DNA of 64,000 bases from Sphingomonas oryzagri (lineage in GTDB: Bacteria > Pseudomonadota > Alphaproteobacteria > Sphingomonadales > Sphingomonadaceae), in the NCBI RefSeq assembly GCF_029906645.1, contig NZ_JARYGZ010000001.1:737208-801207 (forward strand). The letters run 5' to 3'. Positions 1 through 9,745 of this stretch are shown here, piece by piece. How positions within the stretch are numbered: position 1 is the stretch's first letter; every line of letters begins with the position of its first letter. The notes beneath the pieces are model-generated. The model searched no databases, was not told where the DNA came from, and worked only from the letters and a program-made list of their open reading frames with translations. Both the position numbers and the translations under genes were made by a program.

Positions 1-2306
1 AGCGTGTAATAGAGATCGAAGATCGTGTAGGCCGCGACCTCCTGCAGCGGATCCTCGGTAAGCACGCTTTGCTGCTGCCCGCGATGCCGCATCTCGAAAC
101 GCAGCTCGGATGTCAGATCCGGGCTGGGGAAGTCCGTCGTATAGTCGATATAGGCGTTGTAGGCGTTCTTCGGCGCATTGGGCAGCCGCGCGCCCTTATA
201 GTTGATCGGGTTGTTGACGCCCCGGATGACGTTGGGGATCAGCACGTCGTCGACCAGCGTGGCCTTGCCGAGATAGGTGTAGCCGCCACCGGCGCGCAGG
301 CCCTTCGCCAATGTGGCGTTGATGCCGAATTCCAGGCCGCGCGTCACCGCGGTGCCGGCATCCACCACTGCCAGCTGGAAGCGCGGATCGCGGATGATCG
401 TGCGCGCCTGGAAATCGTGATCGCGCAGATCGAAGGCGGAGAACTGGAAGTTCAGGCGATCGTGGAACAGGTTGGCGCGCAGGCCGGCTTCCCACTGGTG
501 CGGCTTTTCGGGTTTCAGCGGATCGACTGCGCGGGCGGCGGACGCGAGGCCGTAATTGTCCCACGACACGCCCTTGAAGCCCGTGCTTTCCGTTCCGTAG
601 ATCATCACCGGACCAAAATTGTACTTGAAGCCGACACGGTGCGTGATCGCGTTGCGATGGCTGCTGGCACTCACCTCGCCGAACGGATCGTCGGGGTTGA
701 AGAAATAGCTCGCGGTGGTGTCGTCGGGCAGGTGCTGCAGCGTCATGTGCTGCTGCTCCCACAGCGCACGCGCGCCGGCGAACACGGTCAGGCCGCCGAT
801 CGGATTATACTGGACGTCGCCGAAGAAGGCTTCGTTGTAGGTCTTGATCCGCGTCTGGAAGTCGTTGACCGTGTAGCGGCCGGTATAGCCACCGGTGCAC
901 TGGAAATTGTCGACCGGGCCGGTCGGATTGGGATCGGGATAGCCCGCGCCGTTATAGTAGCCGTAGACGGCGTCGTTGCAGGTGCGGTTGGTCTCGCGGT
1001 GATAATTGTCGTTGAAGTAATAGAAGGCGCCGGCGACGTAGCTGAGCCGCCCGGACGTATCTGATTCCAGCCGCAATTCCTGCTGCACGGTCCGCTCGCG
1101 CGACGGCCCGGCATAGTTCAGCGTGTTGAGCCCGGCCGGCGAATTGGTCAGCTGCGGCGCGGAGACACCCCATTCGTTGTCGTTGCTGTAGAGGTTATAG
1201 TAGCGATAGGTGCCGAGATAATGGATGGTCGCCCAATCCAGCTTCTTCTCGGCCGTCAGCGAGAAGGCGTAGCTGTTGGTCTTGCCCCAGGTGCGATCGT
1301 CGTAAAGGTAGCTCTTCGTGCCGTTGATGATCGGCGTCGAGACACCCGACGAGCTGACCAGGTTGATCCCCGAATTGGACAGCAGGTTGAAGAACTGCTG
1401 CGCCATCAGGTTGGGATCGCCGGATAATGTCGCCGATGCCTTGTGGACATCGTCCGCGCTCAGTTCCTTGAAGGCATAGGGGATGATGCCCGTCTTCTTG
1501 TAGCTGTATTCGCCCTTCAGCTTGATCGACAGCGTCGGGTCCGGTTTCCAGAGATACTGGACGCGGATGCCGGCGCCCTTCTCGGCACCGCCATTGGGCT
1601 CGCCGTCGTGGACGTTCTTTTCCCAGCCGCCCTGATAGGCGCCATACGCATTGACGTAGAGCGCCGACGTATCGCCGACCGGCACGTTCATGCTGGCCTT
1701 GAGGCGGTATTCATTGTCCTGCGCGAGATCGAGCTTGATCTCGCCGGTGGTCTTGTCGCTGAGCTTGGGGCCGCGCGTCACGATGTTGATCAGGCCGGCG
1801 ACCGCATTCTTGCCGAACAGCGTGCCCTGCGGGCCCTCGAGGATCTCGATCCGATCGATATCGACCGCATCGTAATTCATCTGCATCGTGCGGGCGAGCG
1901 TCTCGCCATCGATCACGATCGCCGCGTCCGGCTCGACGCCCGACGCGTTGCTGACCGAACTGATGCCGCGGATGGAGAGCGTGTCTGTGCGGGAATCGCC
2001 GGTCTGCTGGTAATTCACCTGCGGGGAATGTTCGAGCACGTCGCGGATCGTCGCGAGGTTCTTCTTCTCGATCGCATCGCCGGAGATGACGTTCACCGTC
2101 AGCGGCACGTCGAACAGCTTCTCCTCGCGGCGCTGCGCGGTGACGACGATGTCGGTCGGCGAGGCATCCGCCGTGCCCGGCGTGGAGGCCGATACCGGCG
2201 AGGCACTTGCGTCGCTGGTCGCGGCGGGCGTGGCAACCTGCGCCAGCGCGGGCGTGCCGGTTGCGGCGAGAACCAGGGCGGTGGAAGACAATAGACGATG
2301 ACGCAT
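1..2306 (-). CDS. TonB-dependent outer-membrane receptor, partial (C-terminus lies beyond the window start)
   Basis: Own translation of the reverse strand from ATG at 2306 gives MRHRLLSSTALVLAATGTPALAQ (signal peptide), then plug-domain motifs DIVVTAQRREEKLFDVPLTVNVISGD and IDRIEILEGPQGTLFGKNAV. No stops seen for >170 codons. Not in the supplied ORF track. Confidence 0.8.
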   Translation of the reverse strand, partial: MRHRLLSSTALVLAATGTPALAQVATPAATSDASASPVSASTPGTADASPTDIVVTAQRREEKLFDVPLTVNVISGDAIEKKNLATIRDVLEHSPQVNYQQTGDSRTDTLSIRGISSVSNASGVEPDAAIVIDGETLARTMQMNYDAVDIDRIEILEGPQGTLFGKNAVAGLINIVTRGPKLSDKTTGEIKLDLAQDNEYRLKASMNVPVGDTSALYVNAYGAYQGGWEKNVHDGEPNGGAEKGAGIRVQYLWKPDPTLSIKLKGEYSYKKTGIIPYAFKELSADDVHKASATLSGDPNLMAQQFFNLLSNSGINLVSSSGVSTPIINGTKSYLYDDRTWGKTNSYAFSLTAEKKLDWATIHYLGTYRYYNLYSNDNEWGVSAPQLTNSPAGLNTLNYAGPSRERTVQQELRLESDTSGRLSYVAGAFYYFNDNYHRETNRTCNDAVYGYYNGAGYPDPNPTGPVDNFQCTGGYTGRYTVNDFQTRIKTYNEAFFGDVQYNPIGGLTVFAGARALWEQQHMTLQHLPDDTTASYFFNPDDPFGEVSASSHRNAITHRVGFKYNFGPVMIYGTESTGFKGVSWDNYGLASAARAVDPLKPEKPHQWEAGLRANLFHDRLNFQFSAFDLRDHDFQARTIIRDPRFQLAVVDAGTAVTRGLEFGINATLAKGLRAGGGYTYLGKATLVDDVLIPNVIRGVNNPINYKGARLPNAPKNAYNAYIDYTTDFPSPDLTSELRFEMRHRGQQQSVLTEDPLQEVAAYTIFDLYYT

Positions 2307-2380
2307 GCGATTTTCCCCTTTGTCGCTCTGCAAACACAGCCGGTGCGTCAGCGCCTATTTGTCTCTATGCTGTACGCAAG

Positions 2381-2413
2381 TGGTATTGTTGACGTATTAT
2401 GACAACTTGATCA
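2381..2413. promoter_or_regulatory. Candidate operator/promoter element upstream of the TBDR gene (TGGTATT-containing, lower-GC stretch)
   Basis: tggtattgttgacgtattatgacaacttgatca lies in the 148-nt gap between the GH16 stop and the TBDR start. TGGTATT resembles half-sites reported for GntR-type NagQ regulators of nag regulons. Weak. Confidence 0.2.
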
Positions 2414-2454
2414 AGCCCTCATCTCGGAGCCTGGATCCGTGAAAAGTCGGCGGT

Positions 2455-3162
2455 TTACCGTGGGGTGAAGGTGAAATTGCGCACCACCACCTCGGACGGC
2501 ACGAAACCGATCGGTTCCTTCCCGCGGAACTGCCAGAGATTGATTCGGGTCTTCTCGTTACCCGGTGTCGGCACGCCTGCAGTCAGGTGGGTGTGGCCGA
2601 TGATGTGATTGCTGGCCTTGTCGGTGACCGTGCAGTCGAATACGCCGGGCGCCCAGCTGAACTCGATGATCCAGCCCTGCCTGCCTTCGCCCGATGCGAA
2701 GCGGCCATAATGGTCGGGCCGGTCGTCGGCCGGCTGCACCGAGCATTGGATGTTATCGGTGCGTCCGTCGCCCCAGCGCGAAAGCTCGATGTCGATCTCG
2801 CGATTGGCCTGCGCGGGGTCGAGATCGTAGGTGAACAGGCCGAACACGGCGTTGTCGGCGATTGCGTTGGCGCCGGCCGCGATGTCGAAGCGGTAGGTGC
2901 CGTAGCCGAGCGATTCCCGCGAGACGATCTCGGTCGATTCCCAGCGATAGTGGCGATAGGCGATGGTGAGGTGCAACGCGCCGTGGTCGTCGACGAAGAC
3001 GGCCTTGCGCGCATCGGTGAAGACATTGGGGCCGGGGCCGGCGGGATCCCCGTCGCTGCTCTTGATGTCCCAGATGCGGCCCGCGAAATCGAGCGAGCGT
3101 GCCCCGCCGGCGGAACTGGCGAGCAGGGCGGCGATGCAGGCCGCGGTCGCCAGCGTCTTCAT
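2455..3162 (-). CDS. Secreted glycoside hydrolase family 16-like protein
   Basis: Internal Met start MKTLATAACIAALLASSAGGA is a signal peptide. ExDxE catalytic signature REIDIELSRWG is typical of GH16 beta-glucanases/laminarinases. Start codon overlaps the nagA stop (ATGA). Confidence 0.65.
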   Translation of the reverse strand: MKTLATAACIAALLASSAGGARSLDFAGRIWDIKSSDGDPAGPGPNVFTDARKAVFVDDHGALHLTIAYRHYRWESTEIVSRESLGYGTYRFDIAAGANAIADNAVFGLFTYDLDPAQANREIDIELSRWGDGRTDNIQCSVQPADDRPDHYGRFASGEGRQGWIIEFSWAPGVFDCTVTDKASNHIIGHTHLTAGVPTPGNEKTRINLWQFRGKEPIGFVPSEVVVRNFTFTPR

Positions 3163-4298
3163 GTGCCGATCTCCCCTCCGATCCAGGTCGAGACCACGCG
3201 CCCGTCGGCGTCGAGCGCGACGAGATCGGCCAGCCGCCCCGCCTCGATCGACCCCATGCGATCGCTCACACCGAGGAAAGCGGCGGGGGTGGCCGATGCC
3301 ATCATCGCGGCCTCCTCCAGCGTGACCCCCAGCATCGCCACGGCATTGCGCACCGCCGTCGCCATATCGAGATGCGAACCCGCCAGCGTGCCGTCGGCGG
3401 TGGCGCAGACGCCGTCTCGCACCTCGACGCGGCGGCCACCGAGATCGAACCAGTCTTCGGTGCTGCCCACGGTCGGCATCGCGTCGGTCACCAGCATCAT
3501 GCGTTCGATCGGCTTGCAGCGCATCGCGAGGCGCATCGTCGTCGGCGCGACATGGCGGCCGTCGACGATCATCGGACAATAGACCGCATCGCGTTCGAGC
3601 GCGGCGCCCACCAGACCCGGTTCGCGCCCGGTCAACTGCGACATTGCGTTGAACAGATGGGTGACGCCGATGGCGCCGGCATCGAACGCCGCCGATGCGG
3701 TGGCATAAGGCGCGTCGCTATGGCCGAGCGCGACCACGGCGCCTGCTTCGCGCAACGCCCGGATCAGCGCCGGATCGGCGCGTTCGGGGGCCAGGGTGAT
3801 CAGGGTCACGCCGCCCTTCAGACTGGTCAACAGCGCGACATGCTCGGGCGCCAGCGTGCGGAAGAAGGCGGGATCGTGGACCCCCTTGCGATCGGCGCTG
3901 AGGAACGGCCCCTCGATATGGATACCGATCACGCCGGGCACACCCTCCGCAATCGCCTGCTCCACGGCAGCGATGCCGCGTGCCACCGTGTCCAGCGTGT
4001 CGCTTATCAGGGTCGGCAGGAAGGCGGTGGTGCCGAAGCGGCGGTGTGCTGCGCCGATGCGCCGGATCGCGGCGACGCTGGTGTCGGCGTTGAACAGCAC
4101 GCCGCCGCCGCCATTGACCTGGCTGTCGATGAAACCGGGGCAGAGCGTGGCGCCGCCCAGATCGTGGCGGAGGACGCCGTCGGGCACGGCATCGTCCGGC
4201 GCCAAGGCGGCGATGCGCCTGCCCTCGACGATCACCGCCTGCCCCTCGACGAAGCCGCCGGGCGTGAGCACTCGACCGTTGACCAGGGCGATCGTCAT
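3159..4298 (-). CDS. nagA: N-acetylglucosamine-6-phosphate deacetylase
   Basis: 380-aa ORF with metal-dependent amidohydrolase motifs (GFIDSQVNGGGG, HIEGPF, HLFNAM, LVTDAM). ATG at 4298 directly follows the track's GTG. Confidence 0.9.
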   Translation of the reverse strand: MTIALVNGRVLTPGGFVEGQAVIVEGRRIAALAPDDAVPDGVLRHDLGGATLCPGFIDSQVNGGGGVLFNADTSVAAIRRIGAAHRRFGTTAFLPTLISDTLDTVARGIAAVEQAIAEGVPGVIGIHIEGPFLSADRKGVHDPAFFRTLAPEHVALLTSLKGGVTLITLAPERADPALIRALREAGAVVALGHSDAPYATASAAFDAGAIGVTHLFNAMSQLTGREPGLVGAALERDAVYCPMIVDGRHVAPTTMRLAMRCKPIERMMLVTDAMPTVGSTEDWFDLGGRRVEVRDGVCATADGTLAGSHLDMATAVRNAVAMLGVTLEEAAMMASATPAAFLGVSDRMGSIEAGRLADLVALDADGRVVSTWIGGEIGT

Positions 4299-5306
4299 CA
4301 CAGCGTTTCCGTCACCTTGGCGAGGTGCGGCGGACGATCGGGATCGCGCCCGCGCGCCGGGGCCAGGATGCTCGCCGCCTTGTAGAAGCCGACGATCTGC
4401 ACGATCGGCTGGAGGAGCGGGTGGACGACCGGGCCGGGCAGCATCGTCGTGCCGTCGATGCCGGTGCCCGCCACGAACACGCGTGCGCCGCGATCGCGCA
4501 GCGTGGCGAGGGTGTCGCGGGTGGTCGCCAGCGAGGCGTCGTCCTGCGCGAAGGCGAGGATCGGATAGCCCTTGCCGGCCAGCGCCGCCGGGCCGTGCAG
4601 CACCTCGGCCGCGCTATACGCCTCGGCGTGCAGGCCGCTCGTCTCCTTGAGCTTCAGTGCCGCCTCGCGGGCGATCGCATAGCCGGCGCCGCGGCCCAGC
4701 GCGAACAGGCTGGAGGCATCGGCCAATGCCTCGACCAGCGGCGACCAGTCCGCCTGCCACGCGTCCGACAGCGCGTCGGGCAGCGCCTCGATCGCCAGAC
4801 GGAGCACCTCGTCTTCGGACCAATGTGCGACCAGCAGCGCGAAGGCTGCGACCGAAGCCACGAAGGACTTGGTCGCGGCGACGCTGCGTTCCGGCCCGGC
4901 CTCCAGCGGCACCAGGGCATCGGCGGGCGCGGCGAGCGGGGACGCGGCGTCGTTGACCAGCGCCAGCGAGCGCGCGCCGCATTGCCGCGCGAGATCGACC
5001 ATCGCGAGCAGATCCGGGCTGCGCCCCGATTGCGACACGGCGATGCAGATCGCCCCCTGCATTGCCAGCGGACGACGATAGACCGAGCCGACCGACAAAC
5101 CGGCCGCGCCTGCTACGATGCCGAGCCGCTGCTCGATCAGATATTTGCCGTAGACGCCCGCATGATCCGAGCTGCCGCGCCCGGCATGGAGCGCGAAGGC
5201 GGGCGGCGTGCGGCGAAGCTCGGCGGCGATCCCGGTGATATGGGCGCCTTGCCGCGCGATCAGACGTGTCACCGCCTCGGCCGATTCAGCCGCCTCAGCC
5301 GCCATG
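4298..5306 (-). CDS. SIS-domain sugar-phosphate isomerase/deaminase (NagB-II/AgaS-like glucosamine-6-P deaminase)
   Basis: Two SIS domains (VSQSGRSPDLL, SGLHAEAYSAAEVLHGP). Likely start is ATG at 5306 (MAAEAAESAEAV); an alternative is GTG near 5350 with a GGAAG Shine-Dalgarno. Stop overlaps the nagA start. Confidence 0.8.
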
Positions 5307-5461
5307 CTGCTCGACGGCGCGGTATCCCACGATATGATGTTGCTCACGATCACCCCGCTTCCGAACAGACAATACCGGTAAGATACCAATGATCGCTTGT
5401 AAAGCTGATTTGGTCGGATACTATGCTCATATTCCACCAGGGGGTGCGGGGCAAAAGCGAG

Positions 5462-8017
5462 ATGTCATATTCTGGTACTGGTTCTCGCGCGGATGATGTG
5501 ATCGTCACGGCGCCTTGCGCGGGCTGGGTCGGGCCGCTGGCCGATGTCCCCGATCCCGTATTTGCGGACGGCATGATGGGCGCCGGCGTGATGATCGATC
5601 CGGTTGACGGCATCATCGTCGCGCCGTGCGATGCCACGGTGATCGCGCGCGCGGCGAGCGGCCACTCTGTCACGCTCCGCCTTGCCAACGGAGCGGAGTT
5701 GCTGATCCATGTCGGCATCGACACCGTCGCGCTCGGCGGGCGGGGTTTCGCCGCGCTGGTCGAAGCCGGGGCGGGCGTGTCGAAGGGTGATCCGCTGATC
5801 GGCTGCGATCTCGATGCGATCGCGCGTGCAGGGTGCAGCCTGCGGACGCCGATCATCGTCATCAACGACGGCTTTGTCGTCGCGCCGCTGGAGACGGGCC
5901 GAATGGTCGCGGCGGGCGATCCCCTCTTCACCGTGGTGAGCGAGACCGGCGTCTCGACCGTTGCGGCGGCCGATACGGCGGCGCGGATCGCCGAAGTGGC
6001 CGTCCCGCTCGCCCACGGTCTGCACGCACGGCCGAGCGCGCGCCTCGCCGCGATCGTGCGGGGCCATGATGCGGACGCGACGGTCCTTTGCGGCCCCCGC
6101 AGCGCCAACGGCGCCAGCGTGGCGGCATTGATGGCGCTGGGTGCCAGCCTGGGCGACACCCTGCGCATCGAGGCAAGAGGGGCAGACGCGGAAGTGCTGC
6201 TCGCCGCGATGATAGCGGCGATCGAATCGGGACTCGGCGAGCAGCCGGCGGCGATCGCGGCGCCTGTGGGCGAGGAGGTGTCCGCCGCCGTGGCCGTGGC
6301 GCCGGCGCTCCTGCTCGATGGCAGCGAAGTGCTGGCGGGTGTCACCGGCGCTGCCGGGATCGTGATCGGCATGGTCCGCCAGTTGCGTGCCGCCCAAGCC
6401 GCGCTTGATCGACCGGCAGGCTCTCCCATCGACGAACGCTCGGCTCTGGATGCGGCCCGCACCGCCGCCGCCGCGCGCCTCCATGCACTCGAAGACGAGG
6501 CCAGTCTTGCGCAGCGCGACATCCTCGCCGCGCACCGCGCCCTGCTCGACGATCCCGATCTTGCCGCACGCGCAGACGGCGAGATCGCCGCCGGCGCCTC
6601 GGCCGCGCAGGCGTGGCGCGCCGCCTGTCGCGCGGCGGCGGCGGCGCTTGCCACGCTCGACAATGCACGCCTGCGCGAGCGTGGCGAGGATCTGCTCGAT
6701 GTGGAGCGGCAGGTGCTGACCATGCTGGCGGGCGGGGCAGAGGCTGGCGAACGCTATCCGGCCAACACCATCGTGGTCGCCGAAGCATTGCTGCCCACCG
6801 AATTTCTCGATTGCGCGGCGCGGGGCGCGGCGGCGATCTGCACGGTGGGCGGCGGCGCTACTTCGCACGTCTCGATCCTGGCCGGCGGCATGGGAATCCC
6901 CGCGCTCGTCGCCGCCGATCCCCGCGTTCGCCTGATCCCCGACGGCACCGCCGCGATCCTCGACGGCGATCGCGCCACGCTTCATGTCGCGCCGACCGAG
7001 ACTGCGCGACAGGACCTCGCGACGCGCATCGCCGACCGCCGCCGCTTCCATGATGAAGCGGTGGGTCGCGCCGCCGAACCGGCGGCCACCCGCGACGGCA
7101 CGCGCATCCTCGTGCTCGCCAATCTCGGCGATCCGGGGGGCACGCCCGGCGCGGTGAAGGCGGGGGCGGAAGGCTGCGGATTGCTGCGCAGCGAATTCCT
7201 GTTCCTCGATCGCGCCGCACCTCCCGACGAAGCCGAACAGCGCCGGCAGTATCAGGCGATTGCCGATGCGCTGCCGGAGGGCGCGCCGCTGGTGATCCGC
7301 ACGCTGGATATCGGCGGCGACAAGCCGGTGCCCTTTCTCGACATGCCGGCCGAAGAGAATCCGGCGCTCGGCCTGCGCGGCATGCGCCTGTCGCTGCGGC
7401 ACCCCGAATTGCTGCGCACCCAGTTGCGCGCAATCCTGGGCGTCACCGGCGCGCGCGGCGTCCAGACGATGCTGCCGATGGTGATCGATGCAGAGGAATT
7501 GCGCGCCGCCCGCATCATCTTCGAGGAGGAACGGGCGGCAGCTGGCCTTGACGACGCGCCACTCGGCGTGATGGTCGAGACGCCGGCTGCCGCCCTGCTC
7601 GCGGACACGCTGGCGCCCCATGCCGACTTCTTTTCGATCGGCACCAACGATCTGACCCAATACGCGCTCGCGATCGATCGCGGCAGCGTGCCGCTCGCAC
7701 GGCAGGTCGATGGCCTGCATCCGGCCGTGCTGCGGCTGATCAAGTCCTGCTGCTTCGCGGCGGCACGCGCGGGCAGGCCGGTGAGTGTCTGCGGATCGCT
7801 GGGCGGCGATCCGCTGGCGGTGCCGGTGCTGATCGGCCTCGGTGTCGCGCGCCTGTCCGTGTCGGCGGGGCGGATTGCGGCCACCAAGGCGGCGGTGCGC
7901 GCGCTGGTGCTGGACGATTGCCGGCAGTTTGCGCGCGAAGCCTGCGAGATGGCGAGTCCGCAGGCGGTGCGGGAGGCGGTGCGTACGCGCTGGCCCGAAC
8001 TGGAAAATTGGGGCTGA
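5462..8017 (+). CDS. PTS multiphosphoryl transfer protein, fused EIIA(Glc)-HPr-Enzyme I
   Basis: EIIA-Glc motif LLIHVGIDTVAL, HPr phosphohistidine motif AHGLHARPSA, EI motif GGGATSHVSILAGGMGIPA and a PEP-utilising C-terminus. Start taken at MSYSGT (ATG 5462). Confidence 0.9.
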   Translation: MSYSGTGSRADDVIVTAPCAGWVGPLADVPDPVFADGMMGAGVMIDPVDGIIVAPCDATVIARAASGHSVTLRLANGAELLIHVGIDTVALGGRGFAALVEAGAGVSKGDPLIGCDLDAIARAGCSLRTPIIVINDGFVVAPLETGRMVAAGDPLFTVVSETGVSTVAAADTAARIAEVAVPLAHGLHARPSARLAAIVRGHDADATVLCGPRSANGASVAALMALGASLGDTLRIEARGADAEVLLAAMIAAIESGLGEQPAAIAAPVGEEVSAAVAVAPALLLDGSEVLAGVTGAAGIVIGMVRQLRAAQAALDRPAGSPIDERSALDAARTAAAARLHALEDEASLAQRDILAAHRALLDDPDLAARADGEIAAGASAAQAWRAACRAAAAALATLDNARLRERGEDLLDVERQVLTMLAGGAEAGERYPANTIVVAEALLPTEFLDCAARGAAAICTVGGGATSHVSILAGGMGIPALVAADPRVRLIPDGTAAILDGDRATLHVAPTETARQDLATRIADRRRFHDEAVGRAAEPAATRDGTRILVLANLGDPGGTPGAVKAGAEGCGLLRSEFLFLDRAAPPDEAEQRRQYQAIADALPEGAPLVIRTLDIGGDKPVPFLDMPAEENPALGLRGMRLSLRHPELLRTQLRAILGVTGARGVQTMLPMVIDAEELRAARIIFEEERAAAGLDDAPLGVMVETPAAALLADTLAPHADFFSIGTNDLTQYALAIDRGSVPLARQVDGLHPAVLRLIKSCCFAAARAGRPVSVCGSLGGDPLAVPVLIGLGVARLSVSAGRIAATKAAVRALVLDDCRQFAREACEMASPQAVREAVRTRWPELENWG

Positions 8018-8021
8018 GGAG

Positions 8022-9731
8022 AGAGACAGGATGTTCGCGAAGCTCAATCTCTCGCTCCAGGCGCTTGGCCGGACGCTGATGCTGCCGATCGCGGTGCTGC
8101 CCGTGGCGGCGCTGATCCTGCGGCTAGGGCAGGACGATCTGCTGGGTCTGCCTTTCCTCGCGGCGGCGGGATCGGCGGTGTTCGCCAATCTGGGGCTGCT
8201 GTTCGCCGCCGGCGTCGCGGTCGGCCTCGCGCGTGAAAACCACGGTGCTGCGGGACTGGCCGGCATCGTCGCCTTCCTGATCGCCAGCAACGGCGCGCAG
8301 GCGCTGGTGGCTGTGCCGCATACGGTGGGGGCGGGGCTGGATGCGGCGAGCCAGGCCCTGGCGGTGGCGGATTTCCGAGCCAAGTCGATCGCGCGCCTCG
8401 GTGTGCCGCTCGGTATCCTGTCCGGTCTGATCGCGGGGCTGCTCTATAATCGCTATGCGACGATCCGGGTACCGGAGTTCCTGTCCTTCTTCGGCGGTCG
8501 TCGCTTCGTGCCGATCGTCTCGGGCCTTGCCGGCGTCGGCCTTGCGCTGGTGTTCGGCTATGCCTGGCCGGCGATCGGCAGCGCGATCGACGCGCTCAGC
8601 ACCGGTCTCGCACATGCCGGCTGGATCGGCATGTTCGTCTATGGCGTGCTCAACCGCCTGCTGCTGGTCACCGGTCTTCATCATATCATCAACAATGTAG
8701 TGTGGTTCATCGTCGGCAGTTACGGCGGGGCAACGGGCGACCTCAATCGCTTCTTCGCCGGCGATCCGAGCGCGGGCGGCTTCATGGCGGGGTTCTTCCC
8801 GGTGATGATGTTCGGCCTGCCTGCCGCCTGCCTCGCCATGTATCGCGCCGCACGGCCGGAGCAGCGGGCCGGCGTGGCGGGCATGTACCTGTCGCTGGCG
8901 CTGACATCCTTCCTGACCGGCGTGACCGAGCCGATCGAGTTCAGCTTCATGTTCGTGGCGCCCGTGCTCTATGCGCTCCATGCCCTGCTCACCGGCGCGG
9001 CGATGGCGCTGATGAGCCTGCTCGACGTCCATCTTGGCTTCGGATTCTCGGCGGGGCTGCTCGATTACATGCTCAACTACGGGCGCGCGACGCATCCGCT
9101 GCGGCTGATCCCGGTCGGGCTGGCTTATGCCGTCATCTATTACGGGATATTCTCGTTCGCGATCCGCCGGTTCGATCTCAAGACGCCGGGCCGCTCTCCC
9201 GAGGCGGATGGCGCCCCGATACGTGACGGCGGTATTTCCGACCGGGCGCCACTTTTCGTCACAGCGCTCGGTGGAGCAAACAACCTCAACCGGGTGGAGG
9301 CCTGCACCACCCGGCTGCGTATCCAGATCGCCGATTCGGCACTGGTCGATGAGGCGGCGCTGGGCAAGCTCGGCGCACGGGGAGTAATCCGGCCCGGACC
9401 CGGTTCGCTGCAGGTGGTGCTCGGGCCGGTGGCCGATCAGATCGCCGGCGAGATCAATGCCGTGCTGGGCGGGCGACGCGAAGCGAAACCGGCCGAGGTT
9501 CCACCGCAAGACTTGGTTCCGGACGGCCCCGCCTCAATCGACGCCAGGCTGCTCGGCATGTTGGGCGGCGCGGGGAATATCGAGGATGTCCACCGCACCC
9601 GCGATCGCACGTTGATCACCTTGCGTAGCCCGGTCGCGGTGGCTCCCCGCATCGAGGGTATCCCCGATGCGCGCGCGATCGCGATGATCGATCCGCTGCA
9701 CGCGCACCTTCTGCTGAACCCGGCCCGCTGA
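8022..9731 (+). CDS. nagE: PTS N-acetylglucosamine-specific EIICB permease
   Basis: Multi-TM EIIC region, then EIIB with CTTRLR cysteine motif (NRVEACTTRLRIQI), then a second degenerate EIIB-like copy (NIEDVHRTRDRTLITL). Shine-Dalgarno GAGGAGAGAG lies 6 nt upstream of the ATG. Confidence 0.9.
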   Translation, partial: RDRMFAKLNLSLQALGRTLMLPIAVLPVAALILRLGQDDLLGLPFLAAAGSAVFANLGLLFAAGVAVGLARENHGAAGLAGIVAFLIASNGAQALVAVPHTVGAGLDAASQALAVADFRAKSIARLGVPLGILSGLIAGLLYNRYATIRVPEFLSFFGGRRFVPIVSGLAGVGLALVFGYAWPAIGSAIDALSTGLAHAGWIGMFVYGVLNRLLLVTGLHHIINNVVWFIVGSYGGATGDLNRFFAGDPSAGGFMAGFFPVMMFGLPAACLAMYRAARPEQRAGVAGMYLSLALTSFLTGVTEPIEFSFMFVAPVLYALHALLTGAAMALMSLLDVHLGFGFSAGLLDYMLNYGRATHPLRLIPVGLAYAVIYYGIFSFAIRRFDLKTPGRSPEADGAPIRDGGISDRAPLFVTALGGANNLNRVEACTTRLRIQIADSALVDEAALGKLGARGVIRPGPGSLQVVLGPVADQIAGEINAVLGGRREAKPAEVPPQDLVPDGPASIDARLLGMLGGAGNIEDVHRTRDRTLITLRSPVAVAPRIEGIPDARAIAMIDPLHAHLLLNPAR

Positions 9732-9745
9732 CCCCTCCGTCGGCG

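Noticed and set aside
69-2294. Plus-strand ORFs (331 aa and 283 aa) in the first 2.3 kb
   Set aside because: They are antisense to the TonB-dependent receptor that translates cleanly on the minus strand from 2306. Their composition is dominated by Arg/Ala/Val/Gly.
5465-8383. 972-aa minus-strand ORF spanning the whole PTS EIIA-HPr-EI gene
   Set aside because: It runs antisense to a strongly supported gene and is extremely Arg/Ala/Gly-rich with no recognisable domains. This is a typical high-GC shadow ORF.
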